Source: Chloroflexota bacterium (GTDB lineage: Bacteria; Chloroflexota; Dehalococcoidia; JABGRK01). From it: a stretch of 64,000 nucleotides of DNA. Made by a program: the position numbers and the translations under genes. The stretch spans positions 8,621-72,620 of the forward strand of contig JABGRK010000010.1 in NCBI GenBank assembly GCA_018648325.1. Direction: 5' to 3'. The notes beneath the pieces are model-generated. The model was given only the letters and a program-made list of their open reading frames with translations. It was not told where the DNA came from and did not search any database. The number at the start of each line of letters is the position of its first letter. Within the stretch, counting starts at the first letter, position 1. Below are positions 59,266-64,000 of this stretch, one piece after another.

Positions 59266-60207
59266 TTGTATTCTTTTATCGGAGTAATAAACATCAGACG
59301 ATTCAAAAACATTCTACTACTGATATCTTCTCTCATTCTCATATCTCTAGCCGCTTGTGGTACACTAGGCAATAAAAGTGTTGATGGCTGGGAGTGGCAA
59401 AATCCTTTGTCTCAAAATAATCCACTGCTTGGCGTGTGGGGGAGCTCTCCTGCTGACGTTTTTGCCGTAGGTTATAAAAGTACCATCCTGCACTATAACG
59501 GTACATCATGGAGCGCGATGAGCAGCGATGCCTCATATGATCTACTTGGTGTGTGGGGAAACTCGTCTACTGACGTTTATGCCGTGGGTTATGATGGCAT
59601 CATCCTGCACTACGACGGCACATCATGGAGCGCAATAAGCAGCGGCACCACATTATGGCTAGGAAGCATATGGGGCAGTTCCTCCTCCAACATCTTCGCG
59701 GTGGGTGAGGAAGGTACCATCATGCACTACAACGGCACGTCATGGAGCACGATGAGTAGTGGCACACAAAAAGAACTCTATAAGGTATGGGGCAGTTCCT
59801 CCTCCGACATCTTCGTTGTAGGTGACGGGGGCATCATCCTGCACTACGACGGCACGTCATGGAGCACGATGAGCAGCGGCACCACGGCATGGCTAGGTAG
59901 TATGTGGGGTAGTTCCTCCTCCGACATCTTTGCGGTGGGAGAGGAAGGCACCATCATGCACTACAACGGCACATCATGGAGCGCGATAAGCAGCGGCACC
60001 ACGGCATGGCTAGGTAGTATGTGGGGTAGTTCCTCCTCCGACATCTTTGCGGTGGGAGAGGAAGGCACCATCATGCACTACAACGGCACGTCATGGAGCG
60101 CGATGAGCAGCGGGACCACAGAATCGCTATGGGGAGTGTGGGGCAGTTCCTCCCATGATGTCTTCGCCGTGGGTGAGGAAGGTACCATCCTGCATTTGTC
60201 GGAATAG
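59266..60207 (+). CDS. Lipoprotein with seven 39-aa repeats (predicted 7-bladed beta-propeller)
   Basis: Lipobox LAACG; repeat WGSSSSDIFAVGEEGTIMHYNGTSW; start codon uncertain. Confidence 0.85.
   Translation: MYSFIGVINIRRFKNILLLISSLILISLAACGTLGNKSVDGWEWQNPLSQNNPLLGVWGSSPADVFAVGYKSTILHYNGTSWSAMSSDASYDLLGVWGNSSTDVYAVGYDGIILHYDGTSWSAISSGTTLWLGSIWGSSSSNIFAVGEEGTIMHYNGTSWSTMSSGTQKELYKVWGSSSSDIFVVGDGGIILHYDGTSWSTMSSGTTAWLGSMWGSSSSDIFAVGEEGTIMHYNGTSWSAISSGTTAWLGSMWGSSSSDIFAVGEEGTIMHYNGTSWSAMSSGTTESLWGVWGSSSHDVFAVGEEGTILHLSE
59872..60089 (+). repeat. Exact 101-bp duplication at 117-bp period
   Basis: 59872-59972 identical to 59989-60089 (repeats 5 and 6). Confidence 0.9.
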
Positions 60208-60442
60208 ATACCAACTATTGCTTCACTTCTTTGCTTAACAGTTTACCAAGTTGATTGATGACAACACCACTGTATTATGCTTATCAATGTTGGGATAGAA
60301 AATAGTAGCCCCACAAAAACCAACTCACCATAACTCCCCCTCAACTTATCCTCAAAACTTTGCTCCCTTGCCAACCCGGTATATGGTAAGCAAAATGAAC
60401 CTTTTGGGCTGATTCTGAGTATATATAAGCAGGAGAGATATC

Positions 60443-61387
60443 ATGGGTATCGGAAAAATTCAAGGATCAATTTATTTTACTGCTTCGCTACTGCTGATAA
60501 GCCTGTTGGCTTCCGGTTTCTCCTGTACTCTCACTGCTGATAATATCGAGGGTGACTGGAACCCGGATACGTTTTCAGTATCCAGGCTGTCGATTACCGA
60601 ACGAGAAAGCTTCTACAGTGTTTTCGAATCAACAATTCTTCAAAGCCAGTCTGATTTGGACGATTTCGTATTCAATATACAGCAGTTGAACCGTCTAACC
60701 GGAGAATTCCTGCAAACTATAGCTGCATGGCAGATAGATTTTAACACCGACAATATCATCCTTTATAGGCATACGGAAACGTCGGGTGGAACAATTGTAA
60801 CTGTAGGTGAGCCACTGATACAAGGTAATCAGGTTACTGTGGACATACAAAGAGGAGCACTTGGAGTGACTGACGATATGGCCTACTATTGCTATGCCTT
60901 CAAGGTAAGTAAACACATTGCCAGCGTTACATTTGCCATAGAAGGCAAAGATGATGTCTCTGTGCAGCTTAATGATGGAAAGACTATTACTAGTCAGGAA
61001 TCCTCTTTGACTACTACGATAGAGGGTATTGAATGTGAGATAGAAATACACCTATTGCGCAATTCTCACATTAGCGGATATCCCATCACCGGGCGAGTTA
61101 CTATTAGCCCTCTCAATACAACGAGTCTCCCAACTACCTGGGCCGTTAAAGATGAAATATTGCTAGTTCATGGAAGCAAAACATTCAGGAGGGAGCTTGT
61201 TCAGGATGACCCTGAATCATCACATTGGCAATTCGTTATAGATAACAATCCTGAATTAGAAACAGGAACTAATGTAAGTGTTATTTTAGAGCTATCGGTT
61301 ACATATCTCACATTTGCACCGAGCGAGGAAAACAGTAAAACATATACCCTGGTGTTCAACAATGTACCTGTATTTACTTGCCGTTAA
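60443..61387 (+). CDS. Hypothetical exported/lipoprotein, PrcB C-terminal-like domain possible
   Basis: AGGAG SD; signal ..LASGFSC; IDFNTD..ETSGG..TDDMAYY pattern. Confidence 0.65.
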   Translation: MGIGKIQGSIYFTASLLLISLLASGFSCTLTADNIEGDWNPDTFSVSRLSITERESFYSVFESTILQSQSDLDDFVFNIQQLNRLTGEFLQTIAAWQIDFNTDNIILYRHTETSGGTIVTVGEPLIQGNQVTVDIQRGALGVTDDMAYYCYAFKVSKHIASVTFAIEGKDDVSVQLNDGKTITSQESSLTTTIEGIECEIEIHLLRNSHISGYPITGRVTISPLNTTSLPTTWAVKDEILLVHGSKTFRRELVQDDPESSHWQFVIDNNPELETGTNVSVILELSVTYLTFAPSEENSKTYTLVFNNVPVFTCR

Positions 61388-61436
61388 CCACAAATATACA
61401 GATGTATAGTATGCCCTAAACTACACTGAGTTGGAA

Positions 61437-61991
61437 TCATTTTATATATAGCGCATGAGCAACCAAATCGCCCAGCATTCTCAGCAATGCAATTTCCCTT
61501 ATCTTCCAGTTTCTTTCCCGCCTTGTCGAATCAAAACCGATAAATCCGATAAGCTGCTCATCCTTGGTAATTGGTAGTATTATGAGAGCTTTGATCGTCT
61601 GTTCCATTAATTTATCTCTGAATTTTTCAGCTACTTTAGGCAGGGACACTACGCGTGGAACACATATCTCCTTGATTTTTGTTAATCGCTTCATCCACCA
61701 GGAATTGGCCTCCACAGGTATATTCTGAAGCACTTGTATTTGAGGATGCATACAGTCAGCGCACCATTCATGGGTATTGCTCATAGTTTTTCCATCGCTG
61801 GAGAAAGTGAATATATAACTTCTATCAACATCAACAAACTCACCTACTTTATCAAGCACCTCATTGATGATTGCGTCGGCATTTTTACTATCAATGTCCA
61901 TTAGAAGGGATGATAGTTCGATTACCAGCGATTGTATTTTTAAATTGTAGTTATGTTTTTCCTGAGGGCTTTCTACTGGTAAATGTGCCAC
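61437..61991 (-). CDS. Stand-alone GAF-domain protein
   Basis: VDRSYIF..MSNTHEWCA..LIGFIGFDS..W..EIALL. Confidence 0.8.
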   Translation of the reverse strand: MAHLPVESPQEKHNYNLKIQSLVIELSSLLMDIDSKNADAIINEVLDKVGEFVDVDRSYIFTFSSDGKTMSNTHEWCADCMHPQIQVLQNIPVEANSWWMKRLTKIKEICVPRVVSLPKVAEKFRDKLMEQTIKALIILPITKDEQLIGFIGFDSTRRERNWKIREIALLRMLGDLVAHALYIK

Positions 61992-62160
61992 ATATACCTC
62001 TTTTGCGTGAATTGTAATAGTATGCCAAATTCTACGTCTTTACAGAATAGGAAATAGCAATCAAGTTGTCAAGCTGAACGTAGCGGAGCAATGGGATAGT
62101 TAATCGTAAAAATCATGAGCCATTAGAATCAAAAATAACACTTATCCGGCAGTAAAAGGC

Positions 62161-62301
62161 TTACTTCCTAAATATCTTCCGTAATAATCTTCTAAACAGC
62201 CCTCGTTTGTTGCTACGATTTAGTCTGGACTCAACACAATCAACACATGTGCAATATGGCGGATGTTTCCCCGCTATGTAATCACGTTCTTGTAGACTCA
62301 T
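62161..62301 (-). CDS. Small His/Cys-motif protein (46 aa; not in ORF track)
   Basis: AAGGAG SD; MSLQERDYIAGKHPPYCTCVDCVESRLNRSNKRGLFRRLLRKIFRK. Confidence 0.65.
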   Translation of the reverse strand: MSLQERDYIAGKHPPYCTCVDCVESRLNRSNKRGLFRRLLRKIFRK

Positions 62302-62457
62302 GAGGAAGACTCCTTACTGGGTAAGTTTATACCTTTTGCTAATTATATACTACAGGAGAAACCAGGTTGAACCCATAGTTATGATATAAAAAAAGAAGTG
62401 TCCACCTGCCTTACGCTAACCTGATCTGTGTAAGCCACAAAGAATCACATTTTTAGT

Positions 62458-63993
62458 TCAAGCCAGGGTAATACCAATCCTGTCGGCTGCTGCATTATCA
62501 ATACTCACCGGGAAAACCCTGTAACCACGCTTTTCCAGCTTGGGGAGCAATAAACTTAACACCTCTGCGTCGTGATTAAAAGCCGTTATCGGTATCATCA
62601 TTGCCGGCGGTGCAATTACATTGCTAATTTGGGACAGAGCTATTGATAAGGGGTGCTCAGAGGTATATTCCTTGATGGCTTCGCTCTCAATATCCAAAAG
62701 GTAAAGTAGCTTTTTGGCCGACTTCAGATCAACATTGGCAAGCTGTTTACGTGTAATCTCCAGTTTTCTGGCATCAGGGGGCCACAAATACCTGACGGAG
62801 GGTTGAACCAGGTTCACATTCTCTATCAGTTGCAAAACCCTTCTGAGAAGTACATTGGGCGACATAATAGTAGTCAGTTCCACTACCTCACGCCGATTGT
62901 AAGCAACCAATGCTGCATTAACCGAACTTTGGGCCAACGTCAAAACGGAATTTACCAGATTACTCGTTATTCTATCCGCCTCATCCTCGCTACTAGCAGT
63001 CAGATTGACCATTATCACTGCCGCGTTTCCGTACATAGCCTGAAACTTCTTGACAACCAATTCTCTAAAACGACTGGTATGTTTCCAGTCTATGTGATTG
63101 AGATTATCTCCCGGCGAATACATGTGGCTGGAGTGATATTCGATTCCACTGCCTTTTGGGCCTGAAAGCGACGTCACTGCAAGTGAAAGTGCAGACCCGC
63201 TCATATTACCAATCCCTTGCTCCAAATACTTGCTTGCCAGCCATTTAGAATATGTGGCACGTGGAATCACAATCAGCTTTGCACAATCCACCACAAAACC
63301 AAACTGAAGCAATCCTAGCCAGTCACGAATAGATACGTTAAGCAAAACAGACGATGGCCCGGACAAAGGCGGCTCAACGGAGGCCTCAATCAAATGCCCA
63401 CCTGACAAGCTAAACTCCTGCTCAATAACCCTTACCCATGGTTCAACTCCTACGACCCGCATAAAAAGCGACCTACCAGTAGTATTCTTGATCTCGATCG
63501 ACAACGGCTTACTGTCACCAGCTACTAGCCTCAGTTCCACGTCTTGTTGCCAATTAAGCGGATGAGAAAGCATACGGTAGGCGTAAAACACCATCATAGC
63601 AAGAAAAATCGCCAGCACTGCCACAGTAAAACTCAAAATATATGTCGCCGTTATCAGGGATAAAAGCAGTATCAATCCTAAAGAAACCATAATCTGTTTG
63701 AGAACAGTAGAAATTCCTATATTATCTACAAAAGGGTCAAAAAGCTGGCTTGTTGTGGTTACTGCAAGTGCTCTATTAATAATGGGCAAAGCAGGCAATA
63801 CCAGCAGTGTGGATAGGTAGGCAGGTAAAACTGCATTTAAAGTGAGCGGCATAAGAACAACGCACAGCAGTTCAAGCGAAAGCGCAATGAGTGGAAGCGG
63901 TCGCTTCCAAAACAGGTACAATTGACACGAAAGCAAAACTATAGCCAAAAGGCTATGCGATAGCGGTGAAACAATAACAGCAGCTATCAACAT
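62458..63993 (-). CDS. DUF58-family membrane-anchored protein (start probably beyond window)
   Basis: GSGIEY..YSPGDNLNHIDWKHTSR..LVVKKF; N-terminal TM helices. Confidence 0.8.
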   Translation of the reverse strand: MLIAAVIVSPLSHSLLAIVLLSCQLYLFWKRPLPLIALSLELLCVVLMPLTLNAVLPAYLSTLLVLPALPIINRALAVTTTSQLFDPFVDNIGISTVLKQIMVSLGLILLLSLITATYILSFTVAVLAIFLAMMVFYAYRMLSHPLNWQQDVELRLVAGDSKPLSIEIKNTTGRSLFMRVVGVEPWVRVIEQEFSLSGGHLIEASVEPPLSGPSSVLLNVSIRDWLGLLQFGFVVDCAKLIVIPRATYSKWLASKYLEQGIGNMSGSALSLAVTSLSGPKGSGIEYHSSHMYSPGDNLNHIDWKHTSRFRELVVKKFQAMYGNAAVIMVNLTASSEDEADRITSNLVNSVLTLAQSSVNAALVAYNRREVVELTTIMSPNVLLRRVLQLIENVNLVQPSVRYLWPPDARKLEITRKQLANVDLKSAKKLLYLLDIESEAIKEYTSEHPLSIALSQISNVIAPPAMMIPITAFNHDAEVLSLLLPKLEKRGYRVFPVSIDNAAADRIGITLA

Positions 63994-64000
63994 TGCACAG

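Noticed and set aside
59416-60204. Possible CRISPR array or DGR template/variable repeats
   Set aside because: Repeats are in-frame 117-bp coding units with no unique spacers; no cas or reverse transcriptase gene in the window

Overview
A 64-kb bacterial chromosomal segment. Gene content and order (remA-gmk, GuaB3-type IMPDH, TrpB2, Hym/NuoEFG-like module, DUF362 proteins, NrfD, DRG-type GTPase) suggest an anaerobic Chloroflexota, probably Dehalococcoidia; this is inferred, not searched. Positions 1-31 kb are mostly housekeeping and energy genes: prmC, rsmI, metG, a polyprenyl synthase, a two-component system, tatD, a HydABC/NuoEFG-like module with no catalytic subunit, a Na+-pumping decarboxylase lacking its alpha subunit, aroA, gmk and trpB2. 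They are interrupted by a small redox-stress cassette that ends in a tRNA-Glu 3' fragment. Directly after tRNA-Arg(TCT) lies the most interesting block (about 31.7-49.9 kb): an ADP-forming acyl-CoA synthetase, a Glu/Leu/Phe/Val dehydrogenase, two MarR regulators, an Opp/Dpp-type ABC importer with an extra extracellular domain in its permease, a class V aminotransferase, an aldehyde:ferredoxin oxidoreductase, a benzoylformate-decarboxylase-like ThDP enzyme and a threonine aldolase. It looks like an aldehyde-funnel amino acid/peptide catabolic system. Tandem TTCG-N5-CGAA boxes with a 14-bp period follow three of its promoters, and one of those promoters has no obvious gene. The remainder holds miscellaneous redox and transport genes, tRNA-Pro(GGG), a 7-repeat beta-propeller lipoprotein and several small ORFs. 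No CRISPR array, rRNA, transposase or integrase gene was seen.
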